Below are positions 38,301 through 47,405 of a stretch of 64,000 nucleotides of DNA, piece after piece. The notes below the pieces were generated by a model that searched no databases, had not been told where the DNA came from, and worked only from the letters and a program-made list of their open reading frames with translations. The DNA is from Chroococcales cyanobacterium (GTDB lineage: Bacteria > Cyanobacteriota > Cyanobacteriia > Cyanobacteriales > Coleofasciculaceae): the NCBI GenBank assembly GCA_036703075.1, contig DATNPT010000475.1:1037-65036 (forward strand), read 5' to 3'. How positions within the stretch are numbered: position 1 is the first letter of the stretch; each line of letters opens with the position of its first letter. The translations under genes were made by a program, and so were the position numbers.

Positions 38301-39004
38301 ATCCAGGACTGCTGTTCGTGCCGGACTCGCTCCCGGTAGTGGCTCAAAAAATCAGATAAACCCGGTGCTTGTTCGAGTAAAGCCTCGAAATGGTCGAGAA
38401 CTCGCTGGTCTGCTTGATAGGCCACTTCCGGATGGGCTTCCATCCATACATGACAGGTTTTAATGTACGCGATGAATGCCACCAGATACTGGTAGTAGGA
38501 AGACCCCAGCAGATGGTGCAGCGCTTCCCGGCATGGTTCTGACTGATGTTGTTCTAGCGCGATGAATATGGCACAGATGAGGATACTCTCTTCCAATGTC
38601 GCATTCGATTCTGGCCAAACCGCCAAATCATCCGACTGTGCAATGAGTACATTCAGATGTTGATTAATATCATCTTCAGTGGGTAGAGGTAATTCCAGCA
38701 GTTCCAATACCTCTTTTGCCTTTACGCCCAAACCGCGTAGGGAGCAACTGTGACAGATCATGCAGTAGGGAACAGCGCAGAAGCGCGAGAGGTAGGCCGA
38801 GAGTTTTTCTTTAAAAATAGGTGGTAGAGGATTATCGACATAGGCGCTCATGGTCTGTTGCCATAAGTTGTCGAGTATCCGTGGATTTTCGTGGGCTGGT
38901 CCAAAGAAGGGAGGAATAAAACCAAATCTCTCCTCGATCTCTGCCTGAATCTGCTCGCTGGTTCGGATAGACATATTATCAGGGGTCTGCTGGGTGCGAT
39001 TCAA
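35387..39004 (-). CDS. LOV/PAS/GAF multi-sensor histidine kinase with an AhpD/CMD-like N-terminal domain
   Basis: 1205 aa. It carries the LOV signature GRNCRCLQG (Cys codon at 38084-38086), at least three further PAS regions and a GAF domain. The H-box is [19 protein letters not shown] and the HATPase boxes are [16 protein letters not shown] and GTGMGLAIC. Confidence 0.85.
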   Translation of the reverse strand: [1205 protein letters not shown]

Positions 39005-39383
39005 TACTTAGAATTCCCTCTCAGCCGGTGAAAGCAACCAAGTAAACGTTGCAGGTTTTCATAGAGAGAAATTGGTAGTTCTCAAGGTGTGGCGAGAGGC
39101 AAGTGAAGTTGTCAAATGCTGTTTCAAGAGCAGTGTTAAGACTATTAGATACACTAAGAGCCTTCAGCTTTTATATTCGATTGGCAAGCCGTTTAGCTTT
39201 CCTTCTCTTGAAACATTTGCCATAAAAAAACCATTAAGAAATGCTATTGTTATTCTGATAGATAACGAGTTATTGCTTAATACTAGCAAGTGTATTACAG
39301 CTTTCAGTCGGTCGGTACTAGTCGTGCAAGAGTCAACACGATAGATTTAAAATTTAGACCTTTTAGTAAGAACTATTAAAATT

Positions 39384-39884
39384 GTGATGAAGTCTGAAGT
39401 CACCCTATCTCGCCGTATTTTGACTCAACAACACGCGGCTGATAGTTTTGCGATCGCGTTTGCGCCTTTATCCCTGGCAGAAATTTATGCCCTGGCAGAC
39501 GATGCCGCTAACGGAGCGATTGTTGTGATGAGTGGCATGGTACGCAACCAAACCGATGGCAAGCCAGTCGTGGCGTTAGAATATCAAGCTTACCAACCCA
39601 TGGCATTGCAGGTATTCGCGTCAATCGCGACTGATATTCGCAACAGGTGGCCAGATGTTAATCGCGTAGTGATTCACCATCGCATCGGCCGCTTACAGAT
39701 TGGAGAAATTAGCGTATTGGTAGCAGTGGGGTGTCCCCATCGCTCAGAAGCCTTTGCTGCGTGTCAATATGCAATCGATACATTAAAGCACAACGCTCCC
39801 ATTTGGAAAAAAGAACATTGGGCAGATGGTTCGAGTAGTTGGGTGAGTATTGGTGCGTGTGAAACTGCCGATAGTCAATGCTAG
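39384..39884 (+). CDS. moaE: molybdopterin synthase catalytic subunit
   Basis: 166 aa with MoaE blocks (GAIVVMSGMVRN, ALEYQAYQPMA, ISVLVAVGCPHR, APIWKKE). Confidence 0.85.
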   Translation: MMKSEVTLSRRILTQQHAADSFAIAFAPLSLAEIYALADDAANGAIVVMSGMVRNQTDGKPVVALEYQAYQPMALQVFASIATDIRNRWPDVNRVVIHHRIGRLQIGEISVLVAVGCPHRSEAFAACQYAIDTLKHNAPIWKKEHWADGSSSWVSIGACETADSQC

Positions 39885-40010
39885 ATAGGTGGACAGTGCA
39901 TACCAACGCATTACTCAATAGCCGTTGTCTACAGCACTGCCCACCCGATGAAAGAAACAACAAAGGCGCTGGTAGGAACATTCGCAAAAGTCTTCAGCAA
40001 TCTTAACTAC

Positions 40011-40442
40011 TTATCTGCTTTGCGATTCTAAAGTATGTGTTAGTCTGTCGATCGCATCAGTCAGTCGTTCCTGAGATTGGATAGCTGGCTCTGATTTGAC
40101 TTCTTCAACTGCTTCTTCTTGTCTCTTGAATCGGGCTAAGGCTCGAATGACTAGGTACAAGACAAGCGCAATAATCAGAAAGTCAACAATTGAACCCAAA
40201 AAACTGCCGATTTTGATGCCCGGCCCAATCTCTAGTGTTCTCCAGTCTTTGCCAGCGGCGCTAACCAGGGGATTGAGCAGTGGCATAATCACGTCTTCCA
40301 CAAAAGAGCTGACGATCTTGCCGAATGCAGCACCAATAATTACCCCGATCGCTAAATCAACAACGCTGCCTTTAAGAGCGAATTCCTGAAAGTCTCTTAA
40401 AAAGCCGCTAGCAGCCCTTCTGCCTCTTCTTACTGTTGCCAT
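40011..40442 (-). CDS. mscL: large-conductance mechanosensitive channel
   Basis: 143 aa. FQEFALKGSVVDLAIGVIIGAAFGKIVSSFVEDVIMP is the canonical MscL TM1 region. Confidence 0.9.
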   Translation of the reverse strand: MATVRRGRRAASGFLRDFQEFALKGSVVDLAIGVIIGAAFGKIVSSFVEDVIMPLLNPLVSAAGKDWRTLEIGPGIKIGSFLGSIVDFLIIALVLYLVIRALARFKRQEEAVEEVKSEPAIQSQERLTDAIDRLTHTLESQSR

Positions 40443-40976
40443 AGTTTTTGTTAGTAATATTTTAAGGTTTCATAGATATTTCAACTGTTATGACACGAGA
40501 TATCACCTTAGGGGATGTAGTGCATAACAATCAGGCACATCCTACCAGGATTTTGTGTACTGATAGAATAAATTTTCCTACTTTTTATGGCAGTCAAAAA
40601 GTAAGATAAGTAACTTTTCCTATTTGAGAGAGTAAAAAATTACTGCTCTCTCACTTATTGCAGGCAAAGCGTGTGGGTCACTCGATCGCAGGCTTTAATT
40701 GTACTCCCGGCTATTGGTGTTTGCTGCCTCGGAAGTTCTAAATCCGAGAAATAATGGCACTCAAGCAAATTTGGATTCTTTGTGACCAAAAACGTAATAA
40801 AATCTCGCTCCCCTAACCCTTATTTTGCAGTCGATGACCCTATTTTCCAGGCAGCAAAGAGATTACACTAAGGAACCAGGTAAGCAGTTACTCCGATACT
40901 CAAGCCGCATCCAAGAAGCGGTGCGGTCATTTTATCCTTCAGCCTTCAGTTGACCTTCTTTTCTATATAAGGTTTC

Positions 40977-42605
40977 ATGAGCGCATCAACTCTAACGCCG
41001 ACATCTACCTGGAGTCCCCTACGTCAACCTGTATTTCGTGCCCTTTGGATTGCATCTGCGGTGTCCAATGTTGGCACCTGGATGCATGATGTGGGGGCAG
41101 CATGGCTGATGACTTCGCTTTCGCCCTCTCCGTTTTTGATTGCGCTAATGCAGGCGGCGGCGAGTTTGCCGTTGTTTCTCTTGGCGTTACCCGCAGGTGC
41201 GATCGCGGATGTGATCGATCGACGTAAGATGCTGTTGTTTACCCAATCTTGGATGCTGGTTGCCGCAGGACTACTGGGAGTGCTGACGGTGATGGATTTG
41301 ACTACCCCTTGGACGCTCCTAGTACTGACGTTTGCCTTGAGTATCGGGAGTGCGATGAATGTGCCCGTCTGGCAAGCGGTTATCCCGGAATTGGTGGTTA
41401 AAGAGGAACTTTCGTCTGCCGTTACCCTAAATGGTATTGTGATCAATTTGTCGCGATCGATTGGCCCTGCTTTGGCGGGGATAATCATTGCGGCGGCTGG
41501 AACTGGAGCGGTTTTCCTAGTCAATGCGGCTTCGTTTGTCGCGGTGATATTAGTGCTGTATGGCTGGCAGCGAATTCCCCAAAAGAGTGCTTTACCCGCC
41601 GAACGCTTCGTTGGAGCGATTCAGGCGGGAATTCGCTATGCTCGTTTCGCGCCACTCCTCCAGACGGTGTTGATTCGCACGGGCAGTTACGTTCTCTTTT
41701 TCAGTGCCTTGTTCGCTTTATTGCCACTGTTGGCACGCAGAGAGTTAGGACTGGAGGCACTGGGGTACGGAATGATTCTCGGTTGTTGGGGAATTGGTGG
41801 GTTAGCTGGAGCGTTTATTTTACCCAAGGTGCGGCAACGGGTTTCGATCGATCGTTTGGTGGCAGGGGCATCGGTGCTGATGGGAGCGATGATGCTGCTT
41901 TTGGCGTTCACCCGCAACGTCTACTTGGTAGGTGGGGTGATGTTTGTGGTGGGAATTTCGTCGTTGAGCGTGCTGGTTAGTCTGAGCGTATCTGCCCAAA
42001 CTGCCGTTCCCACTTGGGTGCGTGCTAGAGCGTTAGCAATGCAAATACTGGTGTTTCAGGGATGCATAACGCTGGGGAGTTTATTATGGGGTGCGATCGC
42101 GCAACGGACTAGTATCTCTACTGCCCTCACTGCCGCCGGAGCAGGATTGATCGTCACTGCGGTGCTGATTACTCGCTATCGCCTCCGGTGTGTAGAGAAA
42201 TTTGACTTTACTGCCTCGTTGCACTGGATTCAACCTGCCCATGCGTTTGAGCCTTGCCCGAATGATGGCCCCGTGATGGTGACGCTGGAGTATCGTGTCG
42301 ATCCAGAAAATGCAGAGGCGTTCAAGGAGGTGATGCAAGTCCTGAGTCGGACTCGTCGTCGAGATGGGGCGATTCAGTGGGGATTGTACCAAGATTTATC
42401 CGATCCTGGTCGGTTTGTAGAAACGATTGTTGTTGAATCTTGGGTAGAACACAAACGGCAATTTGAGCGGGTGACGAATTCGGATCGTGCGATCGAAGAG
42501 CGTGCGCGTGAGTTTCATGTTGGCGATGAACCGCCGAAGGTTTCGCAAATGATTTATGCAAATTACACGGATGGCAGAGGTTCGCAGCAACCTTGTGGAA
42601 GTTAG
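40977..42605 (+). CDS. MFS transporter with a C-terminal soluble domain of about 100 aa
   Basis: 542 aa. About 12 TM helices form an MFS fold (LPAGAIADVIDRRKML). They are followed by a hydrophilic tail (GPVMVTLEYRVDPENAEAFKEVMQ...VESWVEHKRQFERVT) that resembles an ABM/dimeric alpha-beta-barrel domain. Confidence 0.8.
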   Translation: MSASTLTPTSTWSPLRQPVFRALWIASAVSNVGTWMHDVGAAWLMTSLSPSPFLIALMQAAASLPLFLLALPAGAIADVIDRRKMLLFTQSWMLVAAGLLGVLTVMDLTTPWTLLVLTFALSIGSAMNVPVWQAVIPELVVKEELSSAVTLNGIVINLSRSIGPALAGIIIAAAGTGAVFLVNAASFVAVILVLYGWQRIPQKSALPAERFVGAIQAGIRYARFAPLLQTVLIRTGSYVLFFSALFALLPLLARRELGLEALGYGMILGCWGIGGLAGAFILPKVRQRVSIDRLVAGASVLMGAMMLLLAFTRNVYLVGGVMFVVGISSLSVLVSLSVSAQTAVPTWVRARALAMQILVFQGCITLGSLLWGAIAQRTSISTALTAAGAGLIVTAVLITRYRLRCVEKFDFTASLHWIQPAHAFEPCPNDGPVMVTLEYRVDPENAEAFKEVMQVLSRTRRRDGAIQWGLYQDLSDPGRFVETIVVESWVEHKRQFERVTNSDRAIEERAREFHVGDEPPKVSQMIYANYTDGRGSQQPCGS

Positions 42606-42620
42606 CCGTTGCAGTATTGA

Positions 42621-44606
42621 TTAATTGAAGGAAGAACCCGTAATGCTGTCCGCTTGCACCCCACTCAAGGTTGTCAAGAGGTCACCACTGCTAGCAACAC
42701 TAACCTGGGTAAAGTATTCATTGCCATTGGTTCCTTGAGCGATCGCTAGTTGTTCAAAGGTTAGCCCATCAGTTAGCCCTAGTAAATCTCTACCAACGTC
42801 GAAGTTGATAATAGTACTAGCGCCTTCGCCTGTAGTAAGAACAAACACGTCGCTACCTTTACCACCCAAAAGTATGTTCTTTCCCGTACCGCCGTATAAG
42901 ATATCGTCGCCGCCGCCTCCGAAGATAATATCGTTACCCGCATCGCCGTAGATCGAATCGCTGCCAGCACCACCGCGCAAAACATCGCCGCCTTCACCAC
43001 CATCTAAGTAATCCTTGCCTCTTTTGCCAATGAGCTTGTCTTTACCGCCTAAGCCATAAAAGTAATCGTTGCCTTGACCTCCATACATCTCATCGGAATA
43101 TTGATCGATCGCGTCTCCAACAGTTTGACCATAATTTGAACCGAAAATTTGTTCAATATCAACCAGAATGTCTTCTTGTCCGTAACCATCCTGAACCCTA
43201 TAAACATCAGACCCCGCTATAGTGTCATGACGTACAACAACTCTGCCAGGGTCGTTTGAGTAATCAGCCGTATCAACATCAACTCCACCATCTAAGAAAT
43301 CGTAACCCTCATCACCGATGAGCGTGTCATCTCCCGTATTCCCTCGCAAAACATCATTTCTCTCGTAACCCCGGATTGTGTCATTCTCATCATTGCTGCC
43401 TTCCAGGTAATCGCCATCTCCTGTACCTTGTGTCGATTTTGGCTCGTCGGGGAAATAATATCCTTGGGGATTTAATCCGTAAGCAAACTCCTTAAATTTA
43501 TCCTTGACTGCTGATTGATTTAGATAAGCATTGCTACTGCCTTCTAGATCGTGTTTGCCGCCAACTATAAGACCACCCAAATTTTTCCAATTTAGAGCCT
43601 CCAGTGCTATAGAGATTTTATCGGCATCCGTAGTCCCTACTGGAAATTGCAGGTCTGTAATTGGATCTCCCTCGTTTTTAAAATTAGCTACAACTTCCCC
43701 CGTAAGAGAGCTGTATTGGGTAAGAGCGGAGTAATCGGTTGGCGAACCCAGTGCGACAATTCTGATTTGAGAACCATCAACTCCTGCAAAATCACCATTC
43801 ATTAATCCGTCTTCAAGAAAGAAGTTTCCTTGAGAATGACCCACTAAAATTAGAGAATTATTGGGATTTTGCTGTAACCAGCTACCCGCTTTTGGTACCC
43901 ATGCCTCTTGTTGCCATCCATCAATTGCTAGGGGATTAGAGTTAATCTTTTGACTGACGAGAGCAGGAGCATCGGAAAAGAATTGAGCAAAAGCTTCAAG
44001 TAAATCGCTGTTCGGGTCGTAAGGAGAATCTCCACTGATATTGATTTCTAATTGGTTGAGATTGCCATACTGTTGAACAAATAAGCCAATTTCCTCTCTG
44101 ACATCGGAACCTTGGGTAAAAACCTTGGGTATATTGGTCACCCAGTGAAAGGGATCGTAGGCAAGCTCGTTAACACGTTGATAAATATCGTCATCGCGGT
44201 CAAGACCTAGCTGTTCATAGTTTTGAACCGCAGGTTTGAATAAATATTCCGCCAGTGCATTGGTAAATGTAAAGAACCACTTTGGTTCTTCATCTAAGTC
44301 ATTCCCTTTTGATGGATTATAAATTGGCTCAAATTGAAATGAATCTCTATAGCCAGGAAGAGTTATAGATGTTTGGTTTGTTGTGCTGTAGTCTACCAAA
44401 CCAAAGGTTTTCTCAACAGCTCTCCATTGTTTCTGGAATCCTTCATCGGATTTTGCACCCAGAGGAGTCCAAAGTCCATTCATGAATACAACCAAGGTTT
44501 GACCCCGGTCTTCAATCAATTGATTCAAAACATCATCAGCATTCCAGGTGTAATCATTGGAGGTAGTAGTAACCATGATTGGTTTATCGTCTTGGATTAA
44601 ATACAA
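42621..44606 (-). CDS. RTX (hemolysin-type calcium-binding repeat) protein with an N-terminal lipase-like alpha/beta-hydrolase region
   Basis: 661 aa with no N-terminal signal peptide. It has a GxSxG nucleophile elbow (LILVGHSQGN). The C-terminal half carries repeated GGxGxD nonapeptides (GGQGNDYFYGLGGKDKLIG, GGEGGDVLRGGAGSDSIYGDAGNDIIFGGGGDDILYGG). Confidence 0.75.
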   Translation of the reverse strand: MYLIQDDKPIMVTTTSNDYTWNADDVLNQLIEDRGQTLVVFMNGLWTPLGAKSDEGFQKQWRAVEKTFGLVDYSTTNQTSITLPGYRDSFQFEPIYNPSKGNDLDEEPKWFFTFTNALAEYLFKPAVQNYEQLGLDRDDDIYQRVNELAYDPFHWVTNIPKVFTQGSDVREEIGLFVQQYGNLNQLEINISGDSPYDPNSDLLEAFAQFFSDAPALVSQKINSNPLAIDGWQQEAWVPKAGSWLQQNPNNSLILVGHSQGNFFLEDGLMNGDFAGVDGSQIRIVALGSPTDYSALTQYSSLTGEVVANFKNEGDPITDLQFPVGTTDADKISIALEALNWKNLGGLIVGGKHDLEGSSNAYLNQSAVKDKFKEFAYGLNPQGYYFPDEPKSTQGTGDGDYLEGSNDENDTIRGYERNDVLRGNTGDDTLIGDEGYDFLDGGVDVDTADYSNDPGRVVVRHDTIAGSDVYRVQDGYGQEDILVDIEQIFGSNYGQTVGDAIDQYSDEMYGGQGNDYFYGLGGKDKLIGKRGKDYLDGGEGGDVLRGGAGSDSIYGDAGNDIIFGGGGDDILYGGTGKNILLGGKGSDVFVLTTGEGASTIINFDVGRDLLGLTDGLTFEQLAIAQGTNGNEYFTQVSVASSGDLLTTLSGVQADSITGSSFN

Positions 44607-44638
44607 TGTGGCGTGAATTAATAAAACAATTTATTTCA

Positions 44639-44670
44639 ACAAAAAAATACCCCCTAGAGTAGGGGGTATT
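44639..44670 (-). terminator. intrinsic terminator of the DUF4278-like gene
   Basis: A 10-bp stem pairs aataccccct (44646-44655) with agggggtatt (44661-44670). On the minus strand a run of 7 T follows. Confidence 0.8.
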
Positions 44671-44737
44671 TCCATACATTAGCCGATCGCGCTTTCTAAC
44701 AAGAGATCTACGCGGCTAAATTAAATTAGTTTAGGTA

Positions 44738-45085
44738 CTAGGAGTGGTGAGCGACCAATCCAACTTCCGCCGTAGAACGATTTAACATCGCTTGCTGGCG
44801 ATTCTTGAGTGCCCGTTGGCGATCGATCATCAACGAACGGGCTTTATCTTGCATCGATAAAGCAGGAACTTTGGCTGGCTCAACGTTAGTGGCGGCTGGA
44901 GTTGTGCCAGTTTGGTAGGAAACGCCACGATACTTCAGGTTAACCGTAGGTTGCAGCATGGGGGGCTTTTTCAAGTTACGAAATCTCCAATCTAAACCCC
45001 GATACTTACCACTAGCAGCTCCTAGAGTGGTTTCAACTTTGGGAGGATTGTACTCGTAGCTAACACCGCGATATGAGAGTTTCAT
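44738..45085 (-). CDS. DUF4278-like small protein
   Basis: 115 aa. It starts MKLSYRGVSYEYNP and has a second YRGVSYQ repeat, as in cyanobacterial DUF4278 proteins. Confidence 0.7.
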   Translation of the reverse strand: MKLSYRGVSYEYNPPKVETTLGAASGKYRGLDWRFRNLKKPPMLQPTVNLKYRGVSYQTGTTPAATNVEPAKVPALSMQDKARSLMIDRQRALKNRQQAMLNRSTAEVGLVAHHS

Positions 45086-45401
45086 GCTTTTCGCCTCTTA
45101 ACTCGATTGTAGGGATATGAGGCGCGTTCCTTCGGGATGTCTCCCTACTTCCGTCTCCTCTATCTATGGCTTTCCATTTAGCGCACGAAAAGAGATGAAC
45201 GATTTATTTCTGTATCTATTGTTACTGTTTTGAGGAAAAATGTCAAGTCGGCTGAAAATTTAATCATTAGACCCGAATTCAAATGGATTCTAGACTGTAG
45301 AGGTGACCCATAGGGTGTGACAAGTTGTAAAACAAAAAGCACAGCAGCAGGAATTGCTTCTACGATCGCAAATCCTGGCGTCAGAGGTTAAATTTATTGG
45401 T

Positions 45402-45869
45402 ATGAGTGATAAAAACGAAAGTTTTAAAGTTGTTGCTGACAATCGACAAGCCCGTTTCCGCTATGAAATCCTAGAAACCTACGAGGCGGGGATTGAGTTA
45501 AAGGGAACGGAGGTTAAGTCGATTAGGGAGAGCAAGGTAAACCTGCGAGACGGATATGGTCTGATTCGCAGTGGTGAGGCATGGCTGCTAAACGTGCATA
45601 TCTCCCCCTACGAACGCAGCAGCGACTATTTCAACCATGACCCGCGCCGCACGCGCCGACTGCTGCTGCACAAGCAGGAAATCCGCAAACTCATCGGCAA
45701 AGTGGAACAGGAGGGTTTGACACTGATACCGCTGAAGATGTACTTGAAGCGAGGTTTAGTCAAGATCAGCATTGCCCTGTGCAAAGGCAAAAAGATTCAT
45801 GACAAGCGCGAATCTCTCAAGGAACGTCAAGATAAGCGAGAGATGGCACGGGCAATGAAGCGTGGTTAA
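45402..45869 (+). CDS. smpB: SsrA-binding protein
   Basis: SmpB blocks are present (NRQARFRYEILETYEAGIELKGTEVKSIR, HISPYE, RRTRRLLLHKQEI). I prefer the ATG at 45402. Confidence 0.9.
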   Translation: MSDKNESFKVVADNRQARFRYEILETYEAGIELKGTEVKSIRESKVNLRDGYGLIRSGEAWLLNVHISPYERSSDYFNHDPRRTRRLLLHKQEIRKLIGKVEQEGLTLIPLKMYLKRGLVKISIALCKGKKIHDKRESLKERQDKREMARAMKRG

Positions 45870-45920
45870 TTTTAGCGATTGGTTGTTGGTTATTAGTAGT
45901 TAGCAACAACCAACCAACAA

Positions 45921-47336
45921 CTAACGACTAACATCAGCGTCAGTGTCACTATTGAGAGCGACGTAGAAACTGGCAATAATTGCGATCGTCAGCCACCAGA
46001 GGGTATTCACTTCAGGGCGATACCAGACGGTATCGACGGTTCCGTGGGAGAGCGTTCCTGCCATAGCTGCGATCGCGCCCATTAACCAAAAGCCATCAGG
46101 ATTCGCTAGGGCTCGTAGACGGTGCAGTTGCTGAACTCCCTGATTAAATGTAACGATCAGGAACCACAGGAAACAAGTAAATCCAATTAAACCCGTTTCT
46201 ACAGCGACTTCCAGATAGATCGAATAGGCACTTAAGGCGCTGAAGCGAGCCTGCATGTACTGAGGGTAGATTTTATTGAAGGCGTTATTGCCGGGACCAA
46301 TACCGAGAATCGGACGATCCTTAATCATTTCGATCACCGATGTCCAGACATTCATCCGGAAGTTGTTACTGCTGTCATTGCGCCCTACAAAAATACTGGC
46401 AACGCGATCGCGTACTGGTTCGACAAACAGTACGGCTAAAAGAATGACCCCAGCCGAACCCCCTAACATCACTGGCATTGCCCAAGGCCGCCACTGTGGG
46501 GGCAAATGCACGCTGTACCAATACACCAGCAGCACTAAGAAAATGAACAGACTGACCACAAAACCAATCCAGCCGCCGCGACTAAAGGTCAGCACGAGAC
46601 AAGCGGAATTTACCATAAACATAGTCAGGGCCAGGAGTTTGGGAAGCCAGCGCTGCCAAGCAAAAAATGCAGCTATGCTGAAAGCGATCGCAGGCTCTAA
46701 ATACCCAGCCAATAAGTTGGGGTTACCCAAATAACTGTAAACTCGCGTCAGTTTCGCCGCCGATGAGTCTGGATCGACCCAAGTTGCTAGTTGTTCTGCT
46801 CCGAAAAACCACTGCCGTAGTCCGTAGACACTCACAATCAAGGAAACAAGGAGGAGCAGGAGAATTATCCACGAACGGAAGCGGCGCGCTCTTAACACCC
46901 GTGCCATCAGGGCAAAAAATAGTAAATAAAGCGTTAGCTTTATTAAGCCTGTAGCCGCTGCTGCCTTCACTGGAGAGAGGGCTGTTGCTACGACGGAAAT
47001 GCCCCAGTACAATAACACCACTAAATGAATTGGTGTTACCCGTAGGGGATGCGATCGCTCTGATTGGGGATAGACTGTCTCATCCGATAGAGTCAGTAAC
47101 ACCCAAAACGCTGCACCTGAAAATAACAAGACACCAATCAGAGCATTCGATACAAAGGGAGCCAAAGCAAATACTAAAGCGACCAAAAATGCTCCAATTG
47201 GCTCAGCCCACTGCAAAAGCCAACTGCCTCGTCGCCAAGATTGCAGCAGTCCTACCAGCCGGTATAAATAGCTAGCACCTCGCCACTGATACAGGTGTAA
47301 ATTCGACAGAGTAAACTGTTGCCAAACTGAATTCAT
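45921..47336 (-). CDS. ictB: IctB-like / O-antigen-ligase-family polytopic membrane protein
   Basis: 471-aa polytopic protein. Its N-terminus (LYQWRGASYLYRLVGLLQSWRRGSWLLQW) and overall layout resemble cyanobacterial IctB. Confidence 0.65.
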   Translation of the reverse strand: MNSVWQQFTLSNLHLYQWRGASYLYRLVGLLQSWRRGSWLLQWAEPIGAFLVALVFALAPFVSNALIGVLLFSGAAFWVLLTLSDETVYPQSERSHPLRVTPIHLVVLLYWGISVVATALSPVKAAAATGLIKLTLYLLFFALMARVLRARRFRSWIILLLLLVSLIVSVYGLRQWFFGAEQLATWVDPDSSAAKLTRVYSYLGNPNLLAGYLEPAIAFSIAAFFAWQRWLPKLLALTMFMVNSACLVLTFSRGGWIGFVVSLFIFLVLLVYWYSVHLPPQWRPWAMPVMLGGSAGVILLAVLFVEPVRDRVASIFVGRNDSSNNFRMNVWTSVIEMIKDRPILGIGPGNNAFNKIYPQYMQARFSALSAYSIYLEVAVETGLIGFTCFLWFLIVTFNQGVQQLHRLRALANPDGFWLMGAIAAMAGTLSHGTVDTVWYRPEVNTLWWLTIAIIASFYVALNSDTDADVSR

Positions 47337-47405
47337 ATCCTATGCGCTTTTGGAGCACTGTGATAGTTTTATTCTGAAGGGTTCATTTCCATTCCGGACT
47401 TTAGA

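Noticed and set aside
39072-39344. 90-aa ORF between the LOV kinase and moaE
   Set aside because: The region is AT-rich, the ORF uses a non-ATG start and no motif is recognisable. It is probably divergent promoter DNA.
39005-39383. Possible Moco riboswitch upstream of moaE (also looked for upstream of moaC at 25172-25231)
   Set aside because: I could not find the conserved Moco-motif core elements by eye, and the moaC leader is only about 60 nt next to a tRNA. A covariance-model scan would be needed to exclude it formally.
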